Assembly: GCA_038205935.1 (NCBI GenBank)
Contig: JBBRBK010000005.1
Span: forward strand, 11,915 to 75,914
DNA length: 64,000 bases
Reading direction: 5' to 3'
From: Campylobacterales bacterium
Lineage (GTDB): Bacteria > Campylobacterota > Campylobacteria > Campylobacterales > Sulfurimonadaceae
Part shown: in pieces, positions 46,843 to 56,436 of the stretch
How the letters are laid out: every line of letters starts with the position of its first letter
Position numbering within the stretch: position 1 is the stretch's first letter
The notes under the pieces: generated by a model
What the model was told of the DNA's origin: nothing
The model's database searches: none
The model's input: the letters and a program-made list of their open reading frames with translations, nothing else
Made by a program: the position numbers and the translations under genes

Positions 46843-47946
46843 ATGTGGGAAAAAAACAGTTTTAAAATTTTAGCCATTGTATTCATTGTCGAACTAATGA
46901 TTATGAGTGCCAATTGGTTTATAGACCCCTTTATGAAATTTAGAGTAAATCCTGATCTCAAATATTTTTATACTTACGCTGATGAAAGATATATAGATTC
47001 GGGAATAGCCCAACACATGTATTACGATACGGCAGTTGTCGGTACATCTATGATAGAAAATTTCAATATTAATGATGTTGATGAAGTGATGAATGTTAAA
47101 TCTGTCAAACTGCCATTTTCAGGCGGAAGCGGACATGAATTTTCTATTTTGTTAAATCACCTCCTTTCTCAGAAAAAAGCCAATACGATCATTTACGGCT
47201 TGGATTATTTTGCTTATAAAAATCAATTGCGTGATGATGGTTTTAAAATGAGTGAACCCCCTTTTCCAACAGAGATGTATCATAACGATCTGCTCTCAAA
47301 TTTGAAATATCTCATATCATACAAAACTCTGCAGCAAAGTTATTTTGTTTTGGAAAATACCTACTACAAGAGAGTTTCAAAGGCCTACGAAAACGCTTTT
47401 TGCTGGTACCAAGAGTGTAAATTCAATGCAGAGGCTGTGCAAAACTTCTGGAGAGACAGAAATGAAACGGATAGAAAAAATAAATATAATAAAAAAGATT
47501 TCAATTTTGCAGCTTTAAAAAAGAATTTTGATACAGAATTTCTTTCAATCATCGAAGCAAACCAAGATATTCGATTTATTATTTTTCTCCCGCCCTACTC
47601 TTATCTCAGTTGGAAACATGCAGATGAAACAGGTTCGCTAGATAACATCATCAAGTTCCAGGAATATGTACTCAAAACATTAGTAAAATATAAAAACGTC
47701 AGAGTTTACGATTTTCAGCAAGAGCCGTTTATCTATGATTTTACAAACTATAAAGATCTTTATCACTATTCAGAAAAGATCAATCATCTGATCTTGGAAA
47801 GAATTCAAGCTAACAAAAATCTAGTCACCAGCCAAAATATAGATAAGCATTTAAAACGGCTCCATAAAGAGGGACTCAAATGGAAAAATATACAAGCCCC
47901 AAAAGAGTTTGATGCGGTAGAAGAGGAAGATGATGATGAAGAATAG
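46843..47946 (+). CDS. periplasmic SGNH-like partner of the MBOAT (AlgJ/DltD-like)
   Basis: N-terminal TM helix, N..IDP, VGTS and C-terminal KDLYHY (DxxH). Confidence 0.65.
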   Translation: MWEKNSFKILAIVFIVELMIMSANWFIDPFMKFRVNPDLKYFYTYADERYIDSGIAQHMYYDTAVVGTSMIENFNINDVDEVMNVKSVKLPFSGGSGHEFSILLNHLLSQKKANTIIYGLDYFAYKNQLRDDGFKMSEPPFPTEMYHNDLLSNLKYLISYKTLQQSYFVLENTYYKRVSKAYENAFCWYQECKFNAEAVQNFWRDRNETDRKNKYNKKDFNFAALKKNFDTEFLSIIEANQDIRFIIFLPPYSYLSWKHADETGSLDNIIKFQEYVLKTLVKYKNVRVYDFQQEPFIYDFTNYKDLYHYSEKINHLILERIQANKNLVTSQNIDKHLKRLHKEGLKWKNIQAPKEFDAVEEEDDDEE

Positions 47947-47981
47947 GATATAATGCCAAACTCAAATTATTGGCGGTAAGC

Positions 47982-49472
47982 GTGTTATTTAATTCTTATA
48001 TATTTATCTTCCTCTTTTTACCAATAACTCTCGTAGGTTATTTCTGGCTTTTACACAAACGGCTTGTACTTGGTTCAAAAATCTGGCTTGTCGGTGGGAG
48101 TCTTTTTTTCTATGGGTATTGGAATATCGTTTATATCCCTCTTTTACTCGCAAGTATCTTTGTAAACTTTTTTGTAGGTTCTGCAATGGCAGATGCTCCA
48201 AAAGCTGATGGGGGGGGGAATTCTTCTAAGCTTTTAAAAACATTCTCTTCTAAACAACTTCTTCTTTTTGGTATCTTTTTTAACATCGCTCTTTTGGCAT
48301 ATTTCAAGTACACAGACTTTTTTCTTACAAACTTCAATGGCATCTTTGGGGCAAATGTCCCTTTGTCTCACATCATCTTACCCCTTGGGATAAGTTTTTT
48401 TACCTTTACACAAATCGCTTTTTTAGTGGATGCCTACAAACAAGAAGTCAAAGAGTATGACCTTGTTCACTATATGCTTTTTGTGACTTTCTTTCCACAT
48501 TTACTCGCAGGTCCGATTTTACATCATAAAGAGATGATGCCTCAGTTTGCAAATAAATGGAACTTTGCTGTAAGGTGGCGAAATGTAGCAAGTGGTCTCT
48601 TTCTTTTTTCTATTGGGCTTTTTAAAAAGGTAGTTATCGCGGATACTTTTGCTACTTGGACGAATACAGGATTTGACTTTGCAACGACACTTAATCTTGT
48701 AGAAGCTTGGGCTACAAGTTTAAGCTATACCTTACAGCTTTATTTTGATTTTAGCGGTTATACAGATATGGCAATCGGCGTAGCCTTGATGTTTAATATC
48801 CGCCTTCCCATCAACTTCAACTCTCCATATAAAGCAACAAATATTCAAGATTTTTGGAGAAGATGGCACATTACACTTTCAAGATTTTTAAGAGATTATA
48901 TTTACATCCCTCTTGGTGGCAATAAAGTATCAAGATTTAGAAACTACTTTAATCTTTTTTCTGTTTTTCTCATTGGCGGTCTTTGGCATGGTGCGAGTTG
49001 GATGTTTGTTATCTGGGGAGCTTTACACGGCAGTGCTATTGTTATACATAGAATCTGGGCAGATCTAAAATGGAGTATGAATAAATATCTCGCATGGTTC
49101 ATCACCTTTAACTTTGTAAATATTGCTTGGGTGTTTTTTAGAGCTAAAGATTTTGATAGCGTTAAAAAAGTTCTTGGTGGGATGGTAGGATATGAAGGGA
49201 TTGTACTACCAGGTAGTTTGGCTGTAAAGTTGGCTTTTTTGAGTAATTATGGGATTGAATTTCAAGAGCAATTTTTATCAAATTTAAGTATAAGTGGAAG
49301 AAATCTGTTATTTATTGGAGGGGTCATAGTATTTGCTTTATGGTTCAAAAATTCTAATGAATTTGTGAATAAATTATCAATAAAACAATTATTCTGGATA
49401 AGTATTTTATTATGGTTTTATTCTATTCCTTTTCTTGCAAAGGTAAGTGAATTTTTATATTTTAATTTTTAA
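47982..49472 (+). CDS. MBOAT family O-acyltransferase (AlgI/PatA-like), copy 2, containing a G9 tract
   Basis: Same motifs as copy 1. Likely GTG start at 47982; TATAAT at 47949. Confidence 0.93.
   Translation: MLFNSYIFIFLFLPITLVGYFWLLHKRLVLGSKIWLVGGSLFFYGYWNIVYIPLLLASIFVNFFVGSAMADAPKADGGGNSSKLLKTFSSKQLLLFGIFFNIALLAYFKYTDFFLTNFNGIFGANVPLSHIILPLGISFFTFTQIAFLVDAYKQEVKEYDLVHYMLFVTFFPHLLAGPILHHKEMMPQFANKWNFAVRWRNVASGLFLFSIGLFKKVVIADTFATWTNTGFDFATTLNLVEAWATSLSYTLQLYFDFSGYTDMAIGVALMFNIRLPINFNSPYKATNIQDFWRRWHITLSRFLRDYIYIPLGGNKVSRFRNYFNLFSVFLIGGLWHGASWMFVIWGALHGSAIVIHRIWADLKWSMNKYLAWFITFNFVNIAWVFFRAKDFDSVKKVLGGMVGYEGIVLPGSLAVKLAFLSNYGIEFQEQFLSNLSISGRNLLFIGGVIVFALWFKNSNEFVNKLSIKQLFWISILLWFYSIPFLAKVSEFLYFNF
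48210..48218 (+). repeat. poly-G (G9) homopolymer inside MBOAT copy 2
   Basis: GAT GGG GGG GGG AAT, in frame (DGGGN). Confidence 0.85.
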
Positions 49473-49480
49473 GGAAAATC

Positions 49481-50554
49481 GTGAGAATCAAACATCTAAT
49501 GCAATTATTCATCATAGCAAATATGACATATGCTATTTTTAATTTTTCAGTATGGGAACTTTATACAAAAAAGATATTTTTAGAAAACAAAAAAGAAAAT
49601 TTTATTGGTGGAGATTTATCAAGACTTGGCTATATCTCAACATCTTTAACTCTCAGAAAGAGAGATGTTGATTTACCTATAAAACATTATGAAGAGAGTG
49701 ATATATTATCTTTAGGTGTAAATCAACATTTTGATATTATGACTATAGGAGATTCGTTTTCAAATGGAGGAGGTGGAGGAAAAAATCCTTTTTATGCGGA
49801 TTATATAGCAACTTCATACAATCAAAAAATATTAAATTTTCAAGTAATATCTGGTTCATTTTTAAATACACCTATTGTATTAGCAAACTCGGGAATGCTG
49901 GAAAAACTAGGTGTAAAAACGATTATACTTGAAAGCGTTGAGCGTTCTTTTATCGAGCGAATGACATCAAGTATAGATGAGAAAAAAACAATGCATATTC
50001 AAGACTTAATGAATCTATGCAAAGATTCAAAATATCACAATAATCCTCCAGAATATAGCTTTATAAATGATGGAAATATCAAATTTGTCTTATATAGTAT
50101 ACTAAGAAATTACTCTGATAATGGTTTTATAAACATAGTTTATAAAGTACCATTAAAACAAAATTTATTTACTGCCCAACACTCAAATGATTTACTTTTT
50201 TATGGCGATGATATTAAAAATAATATGTTATCAAACGAAATAAATCTGAAAATTGCTAATGATAATTTAAACAATTTAGCAAAGATTTTAAAAAAACACG
50301 GTGTTAAATTAATAGTTTTAGCCACTCCAAATAAATATACTATTTATAGTGATTTTATGATTGAAAAAAACAAGTATGGAAGAAGTAGTTTTTTTGAAGA
50401 TTTTTCTAAACTTTCTAAAAATTATGAGTTTATTAATTCTAAGACTATTTTACAAAATGCAGTGACAAACGGCATCAAAGATATTTATTATCCAGATGAC
50501 ACACATTGGTCTTACAAAGCATCAGAACTTATTGTTAAGTCCATGCATTTTTAA
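49481..50554 (+). CDS. AlgX/AlgJ-like SGNH hydrolase-like O-acetyltransferase
   Basis: Motifs IGDSFS, ESVER, P.KY and YYPDDTHWS. Confidence 0.82.
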   Translation: MRIKHLMQLFIIANMTYAIFNFSVWELYTKKIFLENKKENFIGGDLSRLGYISTSLTLRKRDVDLPIKHYEESDILSLGVNQHFDIMTIGDSFSNGGGGGKNPFYADYIATSYNQKILNFQVISGSFLNTPIVLANSGMLEKLGVKTIILESVERSFIERMTSSIDEKKTMHIQDLMNLCKDSKYHNNPPEYSFINDGNIKFVLYSILRNYSDNGFINIVYKVPLKQNLFTAQHSNDLLFYGDDIKNNMLSNEINLKIANDNLNNLAKILKKHGVKLIVLATPNKYTIYSDFMIEKNKYGRSSFFEDFSKLSKNYEFINSKTILQNAVTNGIKDIYYPDDTHWSYKASELIVKSMHF

Positions 50555-50600
50555 TCTCATCCAAAAGATGTGGCTGAGATTAAAGCTCTGAAAAAGTGAG

Positions 50601-52520
50601 CTATACCTTCTTCAAATAGACCACGCTGAGTGGCGCAAGCGTTACATGTAAGCTGTTTTTTCTTCCGTGGCACTCTTTGGCTTGTGACTTTATTGGAGTT
50701 GTATTTGTCTCTGTGTAGCCGCCAAAAGATTTGTCATTGGAGTTAAAAATCTCGACATATTCCCCACTTGTGGGCACACCTAAAACATAACCGATATGCT
50801 CTTTGTCTGAGAAGTTACAGATGATGATAAGAGGCTTTTCATTTCTCGCACCTTTTCTTATAAACGAGATCACATTCGCACTATAATCGTTTTCATCTAT
50901 CCAAGAAAAACCCTCTTTTTCTACATCATTTCTGTGCAGTGAAGGTTCTATTTTATATAGGTGATTGAGCTCTTTGAGAACGTTTTGCACGCCTTTATGA
51001 CCATCATAGGCTAGTAAATGCCAGTCCAAACTTCGCTCAAAATTCCACTCCGCAAACTGTGCGAACTCTCCACCCATAAACAGCAATTTTTTTCCAGGAT
51101 GCGCATACATCAAAGAAAAAAGTGCACGAAGATTTGCGAACTTTTTATAATTATCTCCAGGCATCTTGTTAACCAAAGAGCCTTTCATATGGACCACTTC
51201 ATCGTGACTAAGCGGCAATAGATAGTTTTCGTTGTACATGTAAACAAAACTAAAAGTCAAATGCTGGTGATGATGTTGGCGAAAGAGCGGATCGAACTTC
51301 ATATATTTTAAGATGTCATGCATCCAACCCATATTCCATTTATAGCCAAACCCTAGTCCACCATCTGCAACTGGGCGGCTCACCATCGAGTAGTTTGTGG
51401 ATTCCTCTGCAAACATCATAATGTCGTTGTATTCTTCATACACCGTGGAGTTTAACTGTTTTAAAAACTGTACAGCGCCGCGGTTGACGTTGCTTCCATC
51501 TTCATTTGGAATCCATTCGCCCTCTTCTCTTGCATAATCAAGATAAAGCATCGAAGCCACAGCATCCACTCTTATGCCATCAAGATGGTAATATTCGAGC
51601 CAAAAAAGTGCCGAGCTTACTAAAAACGCGCGCACTTCATTTCTATCATAATTAAAAATTGCACTGCCCCATTCTGGATGATAGCCCTTTCTTGGATCTT
51701 TATGTTCATACAAACATGACCCGTCAAAATTTGAAAGTCCATGTCCATCTGTCACAAAGTGTGAAGGCACCCAGTCGAGAATGACGCCGATGCCGTTGTT
51801 ATGCAAAATATCCACAAAACTCATAAACTCGCTTGGTGAGCCATAACGCGATGTCGGAGCAAAATATCCCGTCGTCTGATAACCCCAAGAACCCTCAAAC
51901 GGATACTCGGTGATAGGCATAATCTCCACGTGAGTAAAGCCCATATTTTTCACATACTCAGCTAATTCATTTGCGAGCTCTGTGTAAGTTAAAAAGCGAT
52001 TTTCCTCTTCAACTTTTCTTCTCCATGAACCAAGATGCACTTCATAAATCGAGACTGGAGCTTTATGGGAGTTATGTTTATGGCGTGTTTTCATCCACTC
52101 ATCATCACCCCAAACATAGCCATCAAGCTTACAAACTCTTGATGCTGAACTTGGTGCGACTTCTGCAAAAAAAGCGTATGGATCAGCCTTATCGGAGCTT
52201 ACATGTAAGGCATCTGAAGTGATATGATATTTATATGTCATCCCCTCATCTACGTCTTCAATGAAGCCTTCCCAGATGCCAGAACCATCATCTCTATTTT
52301 TTAACGGATGAGAAGTCGTGCTGTAATCGTTAAAATCAGCTCTTACATGTAAAGCGTTTGCATTTGGAGCCCACACTGCAAAATAAACTCCATCTTTACC
52401 ATCTCTTTGCATAAAATGTGAGCCCAAATGGTTGTAAAGTTTTGCGTGTGTTCCCTCTTTAAAAAGATAAATATCAAGATCAGAAAAAAGTGTCACGTCA
52501 TAAAAAGTTTGATATTTCAT
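50601..52520 (-). CDS. glgB: 1,4-alpha-glucan branching enzyme (GH13)
   Basis: Motifs FAVWAPNA, IYEVHLGSW, SWGYQ, DWVPSHF, GIRVDAVASMLY, AEEST, KWNMGWM and LPLSHDEVVH. Confidence 0.96.
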   Translation of the reverse strand: MKYQTFYDVTLFSDLDIYLFKEGTHAKLYNHLGSHFMQRDGKDGVYFAVWAPNANALHVRADFNDYSTTSHPLKNRDDGSGIWEGFIEDVDEGMTYKYHITSDALHVSSDKADPYAFFAEVAPSSASRVCKLDGYVWGDDEWMKTRHKHNSHKAPVSIYEVHLGSWRRKVEEENRFLTYTELANELAEYVKNMGFTHVEIMPITEYPFEGSWGYQTTGYFAPTSRYGSPSEFMSFVDILHNNGIGVILDWVPSHFVTDGHGLSNFDGSCLYEHKDPRKGYHPEWGSAIFNYDRNEVRAFLVSSALFWLEYYHLDGIRVDAVASMLYLDYAREEGEWIPNEDGSNVNRGAVQFLKQLNSTVYEEYNDIMMFAEESTNYSMVSRPVADGGLGFGYKWNMGWMHDILKYMKFDPLFRQHHHQHLTFSFVYMYNENYLLPLSHDEVVHMKGSLVNKMPGDNYKKFANLRALFSLMYAHPGKKLLFMGGEFAQFAEWNFERSLDWHLLAYDGHKGVQNVLKELNHLYKIEPSLHRNDVEKEGFSWIDENDYSANVISFIRKGARNEKPLIIICNFSDKEHIGYVLGVPTSGEYVEIFNSNDKSFGGYTETNTTPIKSQAKECHGRKNSLHVTLAPLSVVYLKKV

Positions 52521-53995
52521 AATGACGGCTTTTGTGGTTCAAAACCTAAGATATAGTTATACACCGCTTCATAACTTTTTGCCGAATCATCCCAACCAAA
52601 ATGCTGTTTCATCGCTCTCTCCTGCATATCTAGAAAACTTTTTTTATCTTTATTATAGATATTTACCGCCCATAAAACTGTGTAATACAAAGCCTCTTGG
52701 GTAGCATCATCAAACTTAAATCCGTTTCCATTTTCATGGCGTTCATCAAAGTTTTGGATCGTGTCATCGAGTCCGCCCGTTGCTCGAACTATCGGCAATG
52801 TCCCATAACGAAGACTGTAGATCTGGTTGAGTCCGCAAGGTTCAAAAAGTGAGGGCATCAAGAACATATCACTTCCCGCTTCAATGCCGTGTGCAAGCGC
52901 ATCAGAATAGCCTACATGTAAACCAAAGTTACTTCGATGCGTTGCAACATCGCTGAAAAATCCCTCAGCCCACTTCTCGCCAGCTCCGAGCATCACAATC
53001 TGGATATCCATATCAAGCAGTCCATGGATGATCCCGGCGATAAGTCCTATCCCTTTTTGTTCTGCAAGACGTCCGACAAAACCGATAAGCGGCACATCAT
53101 CACGTACTTCGAGATTAAAATGACGCTGTATATCACGCTTACATGTAAGCTTTCCAGCCATATCACCCACATCAAATTTTTGGGCTATCAGATTGTCCAC
53201 TGATGGATTCCATTCATCATAGTCCACGCCATTTAAAATCCCAAAAAGCTTTTCACTGTGTGCTCGGATGTGGCCTTCAAGCCCAAAACCAAACTCACGC
53301 GTTTGAATCTCCTCGGCATATTTTTTTGAAACGGTCGTGATTGCATCAGCGTGCATAATGCCGCCTTTTAAAAGGTTCACACTATTAAAACTCTCAAATT
53401 CACGTGCATTAAAATGCTCCCAACCCACTTCCATGAGATCCATCAGATTTTTATGAAAATGTCCTTGGTGTTGAAGATTGTGGATCGTTAAAACAGATTT
53501 TGCATTTGCAAAGTCATGCACAAACCTTGTCTTTGCCAAAAGAGGCACAAGCGCAGTATGCCAGTCATTTGCATGAATGATATCAGGCGTAAAGGAGAGC
53601 ATCTTACATAGCTGTAAAGCCGCTTTTGAAAAGAAAACAAAACGGTTGCCATTATCTTCATAAGAACCATCATGATCTTCATACAAGCCGCCTCTTCCAA
53701 AATAACGCTCATAGTCTATAAAATAGATAGGAACATCATTTCCAGGCAAAGTTGATGTATAAACTCCAGCCCAAAGCTCTCCCATCGCACCCATCGGCAC
53801 GCCTAAAGGAGTTTCAAGTTTTGTAAGTTTTGATGGATCTATCTTATAGTATCTTGGCATCACGACGATGATATTATGCCCAAGAGCTTTAAGTGCTTTT
53901 GGAAGTGCGCCGGCAACATCTGCGAGTCCGCCTGTTTTTGCAAATGGCACAACTTCTGAAGCCACAAATAAGATATTTAATTTTCTTTTTTTCAT
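52517..53995 (-). CDS. glgA: glycogen synthase GlgA (GT5), copy 1
   Basis: Motifs KTGGLADV, HANDWH, TIHNL.HQG, GRLAEQKG and PS.FEPCGLNQ. Confidence 0.95.
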   Translation of the reverse strand: MKKRKLNILFVASEVVPFAKTGGLADVAGALPKALKALGHNIIVVMPRYYKIDPSKLTKLETPLGVPMGAMGELWAGVYTSTLPGNDVPIYFIDYERYFGRGGLYEDHDGSYEDNGNRFVFFSKAALQLCKMLSFTPDIIHANDWHTALVPLLAKTRFVHDFANAKSVLTIHNLQHQGHFHKNLMDLMEVGWEHFNAREFESFNSVNLLKGGIMHADAITTVSKKYAEEIQTREFGFGLEGHIRAHSEKLFGILNGVDYDEWNPSVDNLIAQKFDVGDMAGKLTCKRDIQRHFNLEVRDDVPLIGFVGRLAEQKGIGLIAGIIHGLLDMDIQIVMLGAGEKWAEGFFSDVATHRSNFGLHVGYSDALAHGIEAGSDMFLMPSLFEPCGLNQIYSLRYGTLPIVRATGGLDDTIQNFDERHENGNGFKFDDATQEALYYTVLWAVNIYNKDKKSFLDMQERAMKQHFGWDDSAKSYEAVYNYILGFEPQKPSL

Positions 53996-54006
53996 ATTTT
54001 ATCCTT

Positions 54007-55416
54007 TTATAAAAGTAAAGCCGCGTGGACTGATACAAGGCTCTCGTAGATTTTAAGATATGCTAAGGCACTTCGTTCAAATGAGAAATCGCATTGCATA
54101 TTAAACCTTACCATTGACTCAAACTGCTTTTTCTCTTTTTTAAGAGTCAAAGCCCTTTTTATTGCAAGTAAAAGTGCTTGCTTACTCTGCTTTTTAAAGA
54201 GTATCCCTTGTCCGCATTTGGATTTATCTTCGTGAACACTGTCTTTTAATCCTCCCGTTGCATGTACGATGGGAATCGTTCCATAACGCATCGCAATCAT
54301 TTGGTTGAGACCGCAAGGTTCAAAGCGTGATGGCATCAGCAAGAAATCTGCCGCGGCGTAAAGCTGATGTGATAAGACCTCATCATAGCCGTTTAAAAAC
54401 TCAAGATTTTCATGCTTTAATGAGAGAGCTTGCAACTGCTCCGCAAATCTGGCCTCGCCCTCGCCGATGATAAAAAGATTGAGCTTATTTTGTAATAATG
54501 GCTCCATCGATTCGAGGACAAGATCGATCCCTTTTTGTTCAACTAGCCGAGTGATCATGACAAATAAAGGACGTCTAGGATCTTTGAGTTTTGAAGTTTT
54601 GTGCAAAGCAACTTTGTTTTGATATTTTCCCTCTACATTTTCATAAGACGCGAAAAGTGCTTTATCGATACGAGGATCAAAAACGACTTCATTGATACCA
54701 TTTAAAATACCGCTGAGTTTTGCTTTGTGATGTGTTAAAAACCCTTCAAGCCCGCATCCAAACTCCGATGTGAGTATCTCTTTTGCATAGCTTGGACTCA
54801 CTGTTGTCACTGCGTCACTGTACGCGATGCCCGCTTTTAAAAAGTTCACCTTGCCATAAAACTCTAAGCCATCCATTGTGAAATATTTTTCATCTATCCC
54901 GAGCTTTTTAAGTGTCTCTTTTTCAAAAACACCTTGATACGCAAGATTATGGATAGTTAAAACTGTTTTGAGCAGTAATTTCTGCTCTTTTACAAAAAGT
55001 GCACACAAAGAAGTATGCCAATCATTAAGATGTAAAACCTCTACATGTAAGCTCAAAGCAAGAGCGACAACACCTTTGCAAAAGATTGCAAAACGAAGAT
55101 CATTATCTGCGTAATCTCCATCTTTATCACAGTAAAGAGTTTGGGTTTCACTTAAAAGCGGTGCTTCTATAAAAAAGATCTTATGAGTATTTTGAAGTTT
55201 TGTATACACATTGATCTTGTATTTTTCATCCCTTAGACTTACTTCAAAACTCTGGGATAATTGAAGATCTTTTTTACTCATAAAACCATACAAAGGGATC
55301 ACACTATAAAGCTCTGTATAAGCACTTAACGCTCTAGGCAGTGCATCTGCCACATCTGCGAGTCCGCCGCTTTTTGCATATGGAAATATTTCACTTGAAG
55401 CAAAAAGAATCTTCAT
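54007..55416 (-). CDS. glgA: glycogen synthase (GT5), copy 2
   Basis: Motifs KSGGLADV, HLNDWH, TIHNLAYQG, RLVEQKG and PSRFEPCGLNQ. Confidence 0.9.
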   Translation of the reverse strand: MKILFASSEIFPYAKSGGLADVADALPRALSAYTELYSVIPLYGFMSKKDLQLSQSFEVSLRDEKYKINVYTKLQNTHKIFFIEAPLLSETQTLYCDKDGDYADNDLRFAIFCKGVVALALSLHVEVLHLNDWHTSLCALFVKEQKLLLKTVLTIHNLAYQGVFEKETLKKLGIDEKYFTMDGLEFYGKVNFLKAGIAYSDAVTTVSPSYAKEILTSEFGCGLEGFLTHHKAKLSGILNGINEVVFDPRIDKALFASYENVEGKYQNKVALHKTSKLKDPRRPLFVMITRLVEQKGIDLVLESMEPLLQNKLNLFIIGEGEARFAEQLQALSLKHENLEFLNGYDEVLSHQLYAAADFLLMPSRFEPCGLNQMIAMRYGTIPIVHATGGLKDSVHEDKSKCGQGILFKKQSKQALLLAIKRALTLKKEKKQFESMVRFNMQCDFSFERSALAYLKIYESLVSVHAALLL

Positions 55417-55419
55417 TTT

Positions 55420-56436
55420 CTACTCTCCGCCGAGCATTTTTGCAGATTCTTCAGGCACGACACTGTTTATCGCCATACCTGTAGAGATCTCAAAACCGCC
55501 AAGATTATAGATACGCGGAGTGATTCGTAAAATAAAACGGTAATTTTTATCCAAATGGTTCATATAAATTTCATTTTCAAAATTTGTATTGAGTGGTGCC
55601 ATCTTCAATGAGAGGTTATAAGCAAAGACTCCAAGCTGTTTATGTAAGCTTTCAAACACCCTTTTGATCAAAATAGAAAGATCTGATACATCTTTTCTAC
55701 TGCATTTGCATAAAGAGGCAATATTTGTAAGCGGTGCTATCATCACTTCAAAAGGATAAGCACTCGCATAGGGACAAAAGGCAACAAAATTACCATGACG
55801 GGCAACTATTCTTTTTTTGGATGAAAGCTCATTAAAAATGACATCTTCTACTAAACCTCGCCCATGACTTCGATAATATCGCATATTTTCTTCTAAAAAG
55901 GCCATCTCTTCTTTTGGCATAATAGGTAATGCTAAGAGTTGAGTATGAGGATGTTCTTGAGTCGCACCTGCATTGATACCAACATTTTTGAAAATACTCA
56001 AATAAATTAATCGTGTATCATTTTTTAAATCTTCAATACGAATAATCATAGTTCGAAACCAATCTTCTATAGCAGAAACATCTAGCTGGTAAAAATCACA
56101 TTCATGACAGGGAGAATCGATAAGAATTTCATGCGCGCCGACTCCTGGAATCGACTCAAATATTCCCTCTCTTTTAGAAATATCTGCAAGTTCTATCTGC
56201 ACCGCTTTGTAAAGGTTGGGAACAACTCTTGTCTTCCAAGAAGGTTCATTTGCCCCGTTATCACGTATGGCAAAGATTTCAGGTGGAGTAAGATCTTCAT
56301 TTCCATCACAAAAAGGGCAGATTATAGATACACTGTTTTTTTTCTCATTACGACAATTTAGATTTGGCCGAAATAATCTCTCTGGCGCTATTACAACATA
56401 TTTATTGTGGATTCTATCCAATCGTATCTCAGACAT
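55420..56436 (-). CDS. galT: GalT-like HIT-family nucleotidyltransferase (galactose-1-phosphate uridylyltransferase / ADP-glucose phosphorylase-like)
   Basis: Motifs CPFC.GNE..TPPE, RVVPN.Y, G.HE, FKN.G..AGA..EHPHTQ and GGFE..TG..IN. Start placed at MSEIRLD. Confidence 0.85.
   Translation of the reverse strand: MSEIRLDRIHNKYVVIAPERLFRPNLNCRNEKKNSVSIICPFCDGNEDLTPPEIFAIRDNGANEPSWKTRVVPNLYKAVQIELADISKREGIFESIPGVGAHEILIDSPCHECDFYQLDVSAIEDWFRTMIIRIEDLKNDTRLIYLSIFKNVGINAGATQEHPHTQLLALPIMPKEEMAFLEENMRYYRSHGRGLVEDVIFNELSSKKRIVARHGNFVAFCPYASAYPFEVMIAPLTNIASLCKCSRKDVSDLSILIKRVFESLHKQLGVFAYNLSLKMAPLNTNFENEIYMNHLDKNYRFILRITPRIYNLGGFEISTGMAINSVVPEESAKMLGGE

Noticed and set aside
50554..50582. Imperfect hairpin AATCTCA...TGAGATT between convergent genes
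   Set aside because: Possible bidirectional terminator, but the stem is weak and interrupted; not enough support to call.
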